Positions 51,891-64,000 of a stretch of 64,000 bases of DNA are shown here, in pieces. The notes below the pieces were generated by a model. The model saw only the letters and a list, made by a program, of their open reading frames with translations, was not told the origin of the DNA and searched no databases. The first letter of the stretch is position 1; each line of letters begins with the position of its first letter. The DNA comes from Octopus sinensis (taxonomy: Eukaryota), in the NCBI RefSeq assembly GCF_006345805.1, contig NC_043008.1, forward strand, positions 50,902,001-50,966,000. The letters are read 5' to 3'. The translations under genes were made by a program, and so were the position numbers.

Positions 51891-52833
51891 TCTCTCACCA
51901 TCTGTCTGCCCATCTATCTATCATGTTTGTCCATCTGTCTAGCTCAAAAGTTCTCAATCATTTTTTTTTATCTCTAGACCCCTTTCATTACTATTTTATT
52001 CTGGTGGACCCCTATAGCCATTCCATGTTTAAATGCTAGTTTTATAGAAACTTCTTTCAAAATCCCTATTTTGCTTCCCCCCCCCATTAACTTGTGAAGG
52101 TTGAACTACGTAAAAATGTTAGTTAGACAGAAACCCCGCTGTTTTCTTGCAATAGATACCAATAAATACATCTAAAACAATTCTTTTTCAAGGGGCCTTA
52201 AAATAATATTGTGGATCCCTAAATTGCTATTTTGCTGCATGGACCCCAAAAAAATCTCATATGTCCCCTAAAGGGCCATACGGACCCCGACTGAAAACCA
52301 CTGGTTAAGTTCAAGCAACTTTTTAAAATTCCTACCTCGCTAGCGTACACACACACACACATACACACACACACACATACACATACACATGCGCCTGCGC
52401 ACACACAGATAGGCATACGCCTACACTCACATACATAACGCTCACACACACACATGTCAACACATTAACACATTTTCCTCCCCGCACTCCGTCTTTCAGA
52501 CACCGAACACATAAACACGCCCATTTACCTCCTCCCTCTTGCAATCACTCACTCCGTCTCTCTATCCCTTCCTCCCTCACGTCACTACCAACTTTCAAAT
52601 TCTCTCGCACTTACACCACTCCCTTTCTCTCTCTCTCTATTACTCTCTCTCTCTCTATTACTCTCTCTCTCTCTCTCTCTCCCTCACTTTCTTTCTTCAC
52701 CCTCTCTCTCTGTCACTACTAATCTATTTCGCTCACATTCTTCTTACATACTTCTACATACTCCCACTTTCTCTCCTCTTTGTTATTTTGTTTTCCAGTT
52801 TCTCTTTTACTTTTCAACTTTCTACACACACAC

Positions 52834-52875
<42 letters not shown>

Positions 52876-53203
52876 TCTCGTGGTAATACACACACACACA
52901 CACACACGCCATACACACTCGTGCTAACACAGTGCATGTATGTGTGCATGAATGTATGTTTACGTATATAACCTTTACTCTTTTTACTCTTTTACTTGTT
53001 TCAGTCATTTGACTGCGGCCATGCTGGAGCACTGCCTTTTCTTTTTAATCGAGCAACTCGACCCCGGGACTTATTCTTTGTAAGCCCAGTACTTATTCTA
53101 TCGGTCTCTTTTGCCGATCCGCTAAGTGACGGGGACGTAAACACACCAGCATCGGTTGTCAAGCAATGCTAGGGGGACAAACACAGACACACAAACATAC
53201 ACG

Positions 53204-53259
<56 letters not shown>

Positions 53260-53876
53260 CGACGGGCTTCTTTCAGTTTCCATCTACCAAATCCACTCAC
53301 AAGGCTTTGGTCGGCTCGAGGCTATAATAGAAGACACTTGCCCAAGGTACCACACAGTGGGACTGAACCCGGAACCATGTGGTTGGTAAACAAGCTACTT
53401 ACCACACAGCCACTCCTGCGTCTATATATATAATTTTTTTCCGTAATGAGATAAAAAACCCAAGGCTGTGTAGATTTTAGAACATTTATAAATAATATAA
53501 GGTCTTACAGCTGTTTCTAGAATATTTATTATATCACTTCATCGGAGAAGTCCTTAGTTTTGGTAAGGAGGAGGAAAGTACAGCCTTGGTTTTTTAATCT
53601 CATTACCGAAAAAATTTTTTTTATATACACACGCTGACATATGACCTAAGTTGGACCCCTTATTCGCATAATCACCGAACCTGGAACTTAACTATGGTCT
53701 GTCTATAGCACTTATTCAGCATTACTTGATACCTTTGGGTCTCAATGACATTACATCTTAACCCTCTCTCTCTCTCCTCTCTCTCTCTCTCTCCCTCTCT
53801 CTCGCTCTCTATATAATATATGTTGTGTGTGGTGTAAATGTAATATACATATTACATAATATATATATATATATAG

Positions 53877-53908
<32 letters not shown>

Positions 53909-53935
53909 ATGTATATATATACCATATATTACATG

Positions 53936-53988
<53 letters not shown>

Positions 53989-54104
53989 CGCATACACTCG
54001 TATAAGACCCAAACCCGTGTCACATCGGAAGGTGAGACGACCAAAAACCAACTACGCTTCAGGTTTTAACTAGGGTAACGTGTCTCACACACCCGGTAAA
54101 GTGA

Positions 54105-54360
54105 AGGCTAAAGTTACCTTCTCGAGTCATAGCGACTCATAAGGGCCGGTTTCCCAGTTTCCATGGCCTATATATTCCCCACCTGGATGGGACACTGGTC
54201 TGTCACAGGGTTACCCCTCTTGCCAGCTGAGTGCACTGGAGTGGCGTGAAATGATGTGTCTTGCTCAAGAACACAACGCATCGCCCGGTCCGGGAATCGA
54301 AACCGCAATCTTCCGATCATGAGTCCAACACCCCTAACCACTAAGCCTAGCGTCTCCACT
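54105..54360 (-). mobile_element. tRNA SINE (head 2 plus V-domain-like body)
   Basis: GGCTTAGTGGTTAGG / GTTTCGATTCC boxes, TGTGTTCTTGAGCAAGACAC, then CTGTGACAGACCAGTGTCCCATCCAGG. Confidence 0.7.
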
Positions 54361-55059
54361 TTCACTTCTAGTGGTTCATATGCTATTTAACCCAGAGCTG
54401 GGGCCCTAACTGGTTCTACTATTCCGGGTTAGAATGGACATAGGAACAACAGAGCCTGAGAGATGTTTCCACACTCTTCAAAACCAGGGCCTCGCTACCG
54501 GATGCAGCTTAAAGTTATAGTCAGGACATACATACATACATACATACATACATACATACATACATACATACATACAACATACATGCATGGAAGACGGACG
54601 TTAAACGATGGTGGTGATGGTGATGATGATGATAATGATGATGATGAGGTTAAAGTAGTGCAGAAAGGCAAGCGATTAGGTAAGACATGACAAGGATATT
54701 TAATTTAATTTAATCCGATCTAATTTAGCTACATAACGAATGGTAAAAAATTAGTCAAAAATAGTCCCTGACAGCTGTTTCTGGGATATCCCAGGTATTG
54801 GAGCATCGCGTCGAGGAAATACTCTGTAAGTTAGGTAAGACGTCATCGGAGAGATACAGGTTAGACAATAGGAGAAATTTCCTCATCAATAATATTTGTT
54901 GTGGTTCATTATGTCCTTGATGGTCGAAGGCAGGCACGACCAGTCAGTAATTACTCAGGGTAGGCAGTTGGTGACGTTTATGTAGTAAAACACGCAATAT
55001 ATATATATGGACAGGCGTTAACATAATAAAATCACAGCAATAATAAACGAATCAAGAAA

Positions 55060-55090
<31 letters not shown>

Positions 55091-55380
55091 GTGTGTGTGA
55101 GTGTGTTTATTTGGCAAAAAAAAATAATGAATAACATGAAGGAATCTTGTAAAACGAATTGATATATATATATAATCAATATATATATATATATATATAT
55201 ATATGATCAAGATTAATCAGCCGAAATTGCGAGGATGATCCTGTTCTTGACTGAAGATTGAAGGCTTCGAATGTCCCCGTCCGTGTTTTTTGTATCGTCT
55301 TCTAAATGCTTTGCGTTCTTGTCCCAGTTTGTATTTTTTTACACACACACACACATACACACATATATATAAATAAATTT

Positions 55381-55417
<37 letters not shown>

Positions 55418-55998
55418 TATATATATACACACACACATATATAATGCTATTATGTATGTATATATACATAAATAAATCAATACGTGCAAACATGCACGCA
55501 CACACACACACACACACACCACACACACACAAACGTATCCTTTTTCGTAACTCTGCCCCATTAATTTCTTATAAAAAAAATTCCTTCTCCTACCACCTCT
55601 CTATCTCTCTTCTTTTCTAACTGCCTCCCCTCTTTCTCTTTCTTCATTCTTGCCCCACACTTTAATTATATCTCCTTTCCCGCATTCTTCCTCATCCTCT
55701 TTCATTCACACAGTCTATCTGTCTCTCTCTTTCACCCCCTCCCCCTCATGTCTTTCTCCTTCCTTTACTTCGCCGAATACCTCTCCCTTACTTCTCATAC
55801 CTCATCCCACTCCTCTCGCTCGTTTTGTAATCAACAGACGACAACGTGCTGTTGTCATTGTGAGAATTGCAGACGACATTGTTGCCACACGTCAACCACT
55901 TATCGTCTGCTCCATTCTGTTCATAACAACTCTATTGTACAATCTGTGTGTGTGTGTGTGAGTGCGCGCGTGTGTATGTATGTGTGTATATGTGTGCA

Positions 55999-56038
<40 letters not shown>

Positions 56039-56188
56039 TATATCTGTCTGTGTATGTGTACATGTACATATGTGTCTACGTATGCTATATGCACACGCGC
56101 ACGCACACACAAACACATATACACACTTATGTATGCATATATATATTCCCAAAGGAAGAGGCGCCCTCACAAAAGACGCACCACACAC

Positions 56189-56230
<42 letters not shown>

Positions 56231-56419
56231 TATATATATAGATTATATATATATATATATATATCATATATATATATAATATATATATATAAGTGCACAG
56301 ATACGAGTTGATGTGATTCTAATTGTCATCCTTTGAAGTTTATTTAAGCAGTAAGCAAAGTAAAAAATTGGTAAAAAATTGTCTGAAATCATGAACTATT
56401 GATACGAGTTTAATAATAT

Positions 56420-56809
56420 CTAGCAGCATCGCCCGCGTTGCTCGGGTTTTTTCGACCCTTTAGAATTGGAATTTTTGAAAAGTAAAAATATTGCATTATG
56501 TAGCTTGTTATTCTCTTTAAGTGAACATTTTCTGGTTTGTTGAATACACCGAAAAATGGCGAACAGCAGTAAAAAAATCGTAAAAATAGGGATTTTCATA
56601 GAAAAAAAGCACCTTTTTGATGTAAATAATTTTTGGTGTTAACATGGTCTGATTTGAATTTTTTCTTCAACGGAAGGAAGATCAAGCCTTCTTCTATCAT
56701 ACTCTCAATTTTGGTCAATTAGCGTCGCAGGGTCTCGGAGGAGATAGTGTTAGTTGAAGGCTACCAAACCTACCATTCACAGACAACTTCAGCTTTATAT
56801 ATAGAGAGA
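56420..56809 (-). mobile_element. Non-autonomous Helitron
   Basis: The minus strand begins A|TCTCTCTATATATAAAG and ends with hairpin CCCG-agcaacg-CGGG about 9 nt before CTAG. Confidence 0.75.
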
Positions 56810-58497
56810 TAACGACTTGATGTCAGACTGTCCGTTGTAAACTAAATTTCATGGAGTTGGAAAGTTTTGAAATTGAATACACATTGTGTGAAAAATATAG
56901 CATTAATAGTATTTAATTCTGTGTCACGCTGAATCACCCTGAGAATTATGCAAAGGGTACACGTGTCTGCGGAATGCTCAGCCACTTGCACTTCCAATTT
57001 CACGAGCAGGCTATTCCGTTGATCGGATCAACTAGAAAACTCATCGTCGTAACCGACGGAGTGCCAGTATGATTTTAAGTAATCTACGTTGTTTGTAAAA
57101 CGGGCGGCGAAGTCGTAGAACCATTTGCACAAAATGCTAAGACGCAATTCTTTCGACCCTTTATGTTCTGAGTTCAAATTTGGCCGAGGTCAACTTAGCC
57201 TTTATGAATAAAAATAATGTACCAGTCAAATACTGGGGTCAATGAAATAGATTTGCCTTCTCCCTTTAAAATTGCTGGCCTTGAATTCTGCCACGGACCA
57301 GCATCCCATTCCAAGGTAATGTCGTGATTTTGGTAACTTATAAGCTATGGAAATCGGATAAGGAACCTTATGAGTCCGACAGCTCGGGAAAAAAGAAAAA
57401 CAAAAAACAAAAAACAAACAAACAAGAAAAAAAAAAACAAAACAAAAAGACAACAAAAAATAAAAAAACAAATGTAGGATTATCTTTTCTCATTTACTGG
57501 TCTTAGTCATTAAACTGCGGCCACGCTGGGGCACCACCTTGAAGAATTTTAGTCGAACGAATCGAACTCAGTGCTTCTTTTCTTTTCTTCTGTTTTAAAG
57601 CCTAATACTTATTCTATCAGATTTTTGCCGAACCGCTAAGTTACGAGTTCGTAAATACACCAACACAGGTTGTCAAACGGTGTGGAGGACAAACACAGAC
57701 GCAAAAATCCAAATACACACACACACAACACACACACACACCACACACACACAACATATATATATGTAAAGAGATATTTGATGAACTGTGTGAAATATAT
57801 ATATATAATATAAATAAAGTATATAAATATATGCATATATACATACATATATGTACATACCTACATCTATATGTATATATACATGCATATATGGATACAG
57901 GACATAAAAAAAGCATTGAACACAATGAGAAACGAAAGCATAAAAGCAAAAACAGAAACAAACTTGTTTTTGGAACAACGAAAAAACAGAGAAACGAGAC
58001 ATGCAACATAATGAATATTCCAATATATATATATATATATACGACGGGTTTCCTTCGGTCCACTCACAAGGCTTTAGTCGGCCTGAGGCTATAGTAGAAG
58101 ACACTTGCCCAAGGAAGGTACCACGTAGTGGGATTGAACTCGGAACCATGTAGTTGGGAAGCAAGCTTCTTACCACACAGCCACAGAGTGCACGGCATGG
58201 CAAATCACAGGACAAAATGGATTAATTACTACATTTAATTTCCTACGTTTAATTATTGTCAAGACTGTCTTTGTCTTTTATCTTCCAGAGGTCGATATAT
58301 ATATGATCAAGTACCAGCCAAGAACTAAGATCCATATAATCAACCGTCTCTTCTTCCAAAATTTTTAACCTTGTACAAATTGACTCTTTGCGTGATTAAA
58401 TTTCATGCTCATTTCTGTTTCAATGTTTATTAGCCTCAAATTAAAAAGAAAAATGTTTTCTGCTCCTGTAATACATTTTCAATATCTCCAGTAGGTA

Positions 58498-58952
58498 CTT
58501 AAATCCTCGAGTATAATCCGCATTTTTTCCCTTAAATTAAAAGGTCAAAATCCCTAGTGCGTACGATATACGAGGTTAAAAATGAAAAATATTTTCTAAG
58601 CAATGGCCGAGTCTCTATTTGCTGTCCGGCAATGTTTATTCAGATGATTTTGTGAATCATTCATAACTTGCAGTAAACAACATTTATTAAACATTATTAC
58701 TGTTATTTCTTTATTTTCTACAAACAAAAGGCACAAAAAAGCTACACGTTTGCATTATGTTATATATACAGTAATAATAAAGGACGTTACCGTATACAGT
58801 TTTACAAACCAAGGACGTTATATAGACCTCCTTGACTCAAGTTAGAGAAGGGGTGCGTATTATACACAAGGTTTAGGTTTTTCAGAGGTACAGCCCCCTA
58901 AAAATCCCTTGCGTACTATACTCAAGGGCGGACTATACTCGAGGATTTACAG
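58498..58952. mobile_element. Tc1/pogo-type MITE
   Basis: IRs TAAATCCTCGAGTATARTCCGC at both ends, TA flanks. Confidence 0.7.
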
Positions 58953-59298
58953 TATGGTTTTCATATTCACCGCAAAAAGTATTTGATTCTTGCTCTGTAA
59001 AGAGATATTTGATGAAATGTGTGAAAAAAAAATTAGGAAAAATCTAAAAAAAAAATTGTCTTCTTGCAACACGAGGAGACGCTTTTCCTCCATCGAAGCC
59101 ATGGGTAAAACCATTTTCCGTAGTTAACGGCAATAAACCTTTGAGCGGATAAAACTGCTTTCCTAGTCCAGAGCGTTAATATTGTAACACAATCAATTTT
59201 ATAATTATCTCGGTCAGACAGTAAAATATAGCATCACCGATCCGTATTTGGATTTGTGTCTACGAATAGTGACATGAGCAAATGTGTATATCTAAATG

Positions 59299-59973
59299 GG
59301 TACTACTTAAGAAGAGTGGTCCCGGTGCGCGCACTCGCGTACTCGCGTACTCGCGCATCCGCGCGTGCTAGTCGTGACTTGTCGATCCTTACTTTATGTT
59401 TTTGTTTTACTCTTTACTCTTTTACTCTTTTACTTGTTTCAGTCATTTGACTGCGGCCATGCTGGAGCACCGCCTTTTTTCGAGCAAATCGACCCCGGGA
59501 CTTATTCTTTGTAAGCCCAGTACTTATTCTATCGGTCTCTTTTTGCCGAACCGCTAAGTGACGGGGACGTAAGCACACCAGCATCGGTTGTCAAGCAATG
59601 CTATGGGGACAAACACAGACACACAAACACATACATATACATATATATATACATATATACGACAGGCTTCTTTCAGTTTCCGTCTACCAAATCCACTCAC
59701 AAGGCTTTGGTCGGCCCGGGTCTATAGCAGAAGACACTTGCCCAAGATGCCACGCAGTGGGACTGAACCCGGAACCATGTGGTTGGTTAGCAAGTTATTT
59801 ACCACACAGCCTCCTACGCCTATTTATTTACTTTGTGTAAAAAAATTATTTATTTTGTGTTTTATTTACTTTGCTAGGTAGACGTTGTAGGATCGACTAG
59901 TCACGACTAGCTAAGCGCGGATGCGCGAGTACGCGAGTGCGCGCACCGCGACCACTCTTCTTTAAGTAGTACC
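59299..59973. mobile_element. Mutator-like MITE with a nested family A SINE (~59407-59820, - strand)
   Basis: Perfect 9-bp TSD ATCTAAATG (59290-59298 / 59974-59982), GG...CC termini, long GC-rich TIRs. Confidence 0.85.
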
Positions 59974-60523
59974 ATCTAAATGTGTATGTTTGAATGTGCC
60001 AGTATGCGAGTGAATGTGTGTGTGTGTGTGTGTGTGTGTGTGAGAGTGAGTGTGTGTGTGTGAGTGTGTGTGTCTAGGGTAAGTCTGTGTTGTATGCGTG
60101 TGACTGCGTACGAAGGCGTACAGTTTATTATTAAGAGATCGTTAGCGATAAAAACCAAAAGTCGTTCTTCAGATTGTGGGACGCCATGCTGAGTGTGAAG
60201 TTGCGTAGGCCAGAATTTTATCAGGCTGAGAACGCTTTTTCTTTTACGCTTTACATGAAGAAAAGAAATGTCAGTCGACGATAGAATTGTATACACAGAC
60301 ACGCACACATTCACACACACACACGTATGTATGTATGTATGTATGTATGTATGTATGTATGTATGTATGTATGTATGTATGTATGTATGTATGCATGTAT
60401 GTATGTATGTATGTATGTATGTATGCATGTATGTATGTATGTATGTATGTATGTGTGTATATAAATATATATATATGCATATACATACATGCATAATATA
60501 TAACTATATATATATATTATATA

Positions 60524-60561
<38 letters not shown>

Positions 60562-61622
60562 CATATAGGGTACAGGACGTCACCAACAGTAAACACATGA
60601 AATACGAAAACAAATGAGTTAAATACACAAACAACGAAAGAAGAAATGGAAAACAGGGCAAGTAACACAAAGAACGACCCTTCATCAGATATATACACAC
60701 ACACATGTATAGACACACATATGACATTAAATAGACGTAGTAATTAAATAAACAACACCATTAGCGTGCAGTTGTTTTTGCTATTAGACGCAGTCTACTC
60801 AAACAGAGAACCTGTGTCTCGCTTTATAACCCCATAACTTCACCAGAGCTCCGACGAAGCTATAAGGTGATGCACAAGCACTCATGTCTGAGTGCACTGC
60901 GTCTTGCAGCAGAAACAGCCGTAGGCCAATGTCATCGTTTACGTAATTCCTGTTCCATTGTAATTCATTTAATTTCATATTATGCTTTGTACTAGCTTTG
61001 CGTTTTATTCTGGAACATGTGTATATTGTGTTCCAGGTTATTAGTATCACTAATCCTTAGCGAAATAAGAAAAATATAATATAATATAGCATGATATAAT
61101 ATCGTAGAGGCGCAATGGCCCAGTAGTTAGGGCGGCGGACTCGCGGTCGGAGGATCGCGGTTTCGATTCCCAGACCGGGCGTTGTGTGTGTTTATTGAGC
61201 GAAAACACCATAAAGCTCCACGAGGCTCCGGCAGGGGGTGGTGGCGACCCCTGTTGTACTCTTTCGCCCCAACTTTCTCTCACTCTTCCTGTAACGCTGT
61301 GATGGACTGGCGTCCCGTCCAGCTGGGGGGAACACATACGCTATAGGAACCGGGAAACCGGGCCCATGAACCTGGCTAGGCTTGAAAAGGGCGCATAAAA
61401 AAATATAATATAATATCACGTGTAAGGTGGTGAGCTGGCAGAATCGTTGGCGCGCTGGACGAAATGCTTAGTGGTATTTCGCCCGTCGCTACGTTCTGAG
61501 TTCAAACTCCACCAAGGTCGACTTTGCCTTTCATCTTTTCGGGATCGATAAATGAAGTACCAATTGAGTACTGAGGTTGATGTAATCGACTTAATCCCAT
61601 GCCCACAAATTTGAAGCTCAAA

Positions 61623-61722
61623 NNNNNNNNNNNNNNNNNNNNNNNNNNNNNNNNNNNNNNNNNNNNNNNNNNNNNNNNNNNNNNNNNNNNNNNNNNNNNN
61701 NNNNNNNNNNNNNNNNNNNNNN
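61623..61722. other. Assembly gap (100 N)
   Basis: Run of 100 N; contiguity across it is not guaranteed. Confidence 1.
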
Positions 61723-62002
61723 TAATCAAGCAGCCACGTCTGCTTATTATTTGAACGTCTTGCGTTCAAATCCCGCCAAAGACAACTTTGCCCTTTATCT
61801 TTTGACAGTTGATAAAATAGAGAACCATGTGAGTGCTAGGGTCGATGTAATCGATTTATCTTCTCTGTGATATTGCTGCCTTTCTGCTGATTTGGATACG
61901 AATACCAATAAAAGATTTATCCTACCCTCTCAGACCTGGGACCCTGTGTCTAGCTTTACCTTCAACCTTGGCTCTAGAGCATAAAATAAATTATAGTTGT
62001 AT

Positions 62003-62407
62003 ATATTTCTTTACTACCCACAAAGGGCTAAACATAGAGGGGACAAACAGATTAAGTAGATTATATCGATCCCAATGCGAAACTGGTACTTTATTTATCG
62101 ACCCCGAAAGGATGAAAGGCAAAGTCGACCTCGGTGGAATTTGAACTCAGAATGTAGCGACAGACGAAATACCTATTTCTTTACTACCCACAAGGGGCTA
62201 AATACAGAGAGGACAAACAAGGACAGACAAACGGATTAATTGACGATTATATCGACCCTAGTGCGTAACTGGTACTTAATTTATCGACCCCGAAAGGATG
62301 AAAGGCAAAGTCGACCTCGGCAGAATTTGAACTCAGAACGTAACGGCAGACGAAATACGGCTACGCATTTCGCCCGGCGTGCTAACGTTTCTGCCAGCTC
62401 GCCGCCT
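62003..62407 (-). mobile_element. SINE family M dimer
   Basis: Junction GAAATACCTATTTC at 62166-62179. Confidence 0.8.
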
Positions 62408-64000
62408 CATAAAATAAATAATAGTTGTATATACAGCTCAGGAGTAATGGACAAGCAAAGTACTCGACAAAATCAGCTGCATCTTCTACTCGTGTTGTTC
62501 ATTGAAATTTAACATATTCTAGCTATAGAGGGAATACGGCGTGACACGATTAAGCTGGTGAACTGGGAGAAGCTTTTGCGCGTCGTACAAGATGCTGACC
62601 GTACCCAGTTTCCTTCACAAGGATTGAGCCTATTCAAATTTAAGGTAAAAAACACTTGCTTGAAATTCCACACAGTGAAAACGATCCTGGACTCCACACC
62701 GTGGTTCTGGCGTGAACTTATTTCAATCTCATAGTCATATCAACCATACTAAACCATACCAATTCACAGAAACAATTGAAGCAATACTGACAAAGTAGTA
62801 TTGTCGGAAATCATGGGCAACCTTCCAAAGCATTTGTCACACGAAATCACTTGTTAACCGGAAATCTAATCGATCATTGTGCAAAAACATATAAATATAA
62901 AAGTTCTGCTTCATATACACTGGCCACCATTTCATTACGAGTCTAATTTTCGACTTACGACCGTAATTTGAATTTCACGGTTTCGTACGCAGACGACAGT
63001 TTTCTATCTATGTAACGGATCATTTACTTGCGACCATACACTTTCAAGTAATAAACCAGAAACGAAACACAACGGATAAATTAGCGGTCTTATTAGGTGT
63101 TATTATTAATGAAAAGTAGAAGGCGGTGAGTTGGCAGAATCATAAGCACGCCAGACGAAATGCTTAGTGGTATTTCGTCCGTCTTTACGTTCTGAGTTCA
63201 AATTCAACTGGGATCGACTTTGCCTTTGATCCTTTCAGGGTCGATGTAATCGACTATTCCCCTCCCCCAATTTCAGGCTCTGTCCCTAGAGCAGAAAGGA
63301 TTATTAACGAAAAACAGGAGGCGGCGAGCTGGCAGAATCGTTAGTGCACTGGGCGAAATACGTAGCCGTATTTCGTTTGCCATTACGTTCTGAGTTCAAT
63401 TTCCGCCGAGGTCGACTTTGCCTTTCATCCTTCCGGGGTCAATAAATAAGTACCAGTTACGCACTGGGGTCTGTGTAATCGACTTAATCCGTTTGTCTGT
63501 CCTTGTTTGTCCCCTTTGTATTTAGCCCCTTGTGGGTAATAAAGAAATAGGTATTGCGTCTGCCTCTACGTTCTGAGTTCAAATTCAGCCGTGGTCGACT
63601 TTGCTTTTAATCCTTTCGGGGTCAATAAAAGAAGTACCAGTCATGGACTGGAGTCGACGTAATCGAGTTGCCCCTTTCCCCAAAATTTCAGACCTTATAC
63701 TTATAATAGAAAGAATTATTATTGAAAGGTGTAAACAGTGAGCTAGTAGAGTTGTTAGCACGCCGGGCAAAATTCTTTGCGTTATTTCGTTCGTCTTTAC
63801 CTTCTGGATTCAAATGCGACCATGGTCGACTTTGTCTTTTATCTTTCGAGGTCGATAAAATAAGTACCAGTTTCACACTGGGGTTAATGTAATTGACTTA
63901 TACCCTCCTCTCAATAACTGCTTGCTCTGTGCCAAAATTTGAATTTGGATTCATTATTAAGGAAAAGGTTTAAAGCGAAGAATTGGCAGAGTTGTCAATG

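Overview
Repeat-dense eukaryotic (metazoan) genomic DNA. The SINE families and the abundant (TA)n/(CA)n/(TACA)n microsatellites suggest a coleoid cephalopod, probably Octopus; this is inferred, not proven. One protein-coding gene can be assembled by hand on the + strand. It has nine phase-compatible GT-AG exons (2369..29105, 1071 nt, 356 aa) and encodes a GLT8D1/GLT8D2-like family-8 glycosyltransferase with an N-terminal TM anchor, a DxD motif and an HWxGxxKPW motif. Almost all ORFs in the supplied track are microsatellite or transposon artefacts. The remainder consists of tRNA-derived SINEs (several as tandem arrays), LINE remnants (RTE, R4/Dong-like, Tx1/L1-like), Penelope-like RT fragments, a deleted mellifera-type mariner, MITEs (Mutator-, hAT-, piggyBac-, Tc1-like), Helitron/Helentron-like elements and a 100-N gap. 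The most notable unannotated signal is a set of short, mostly (TA)n-associated elements carrying minimal type-I hammerhead ribozyme cores with palindromic stem III. Two of them are near-perfect DNA palindromes, so both strands encode a hammerhead.
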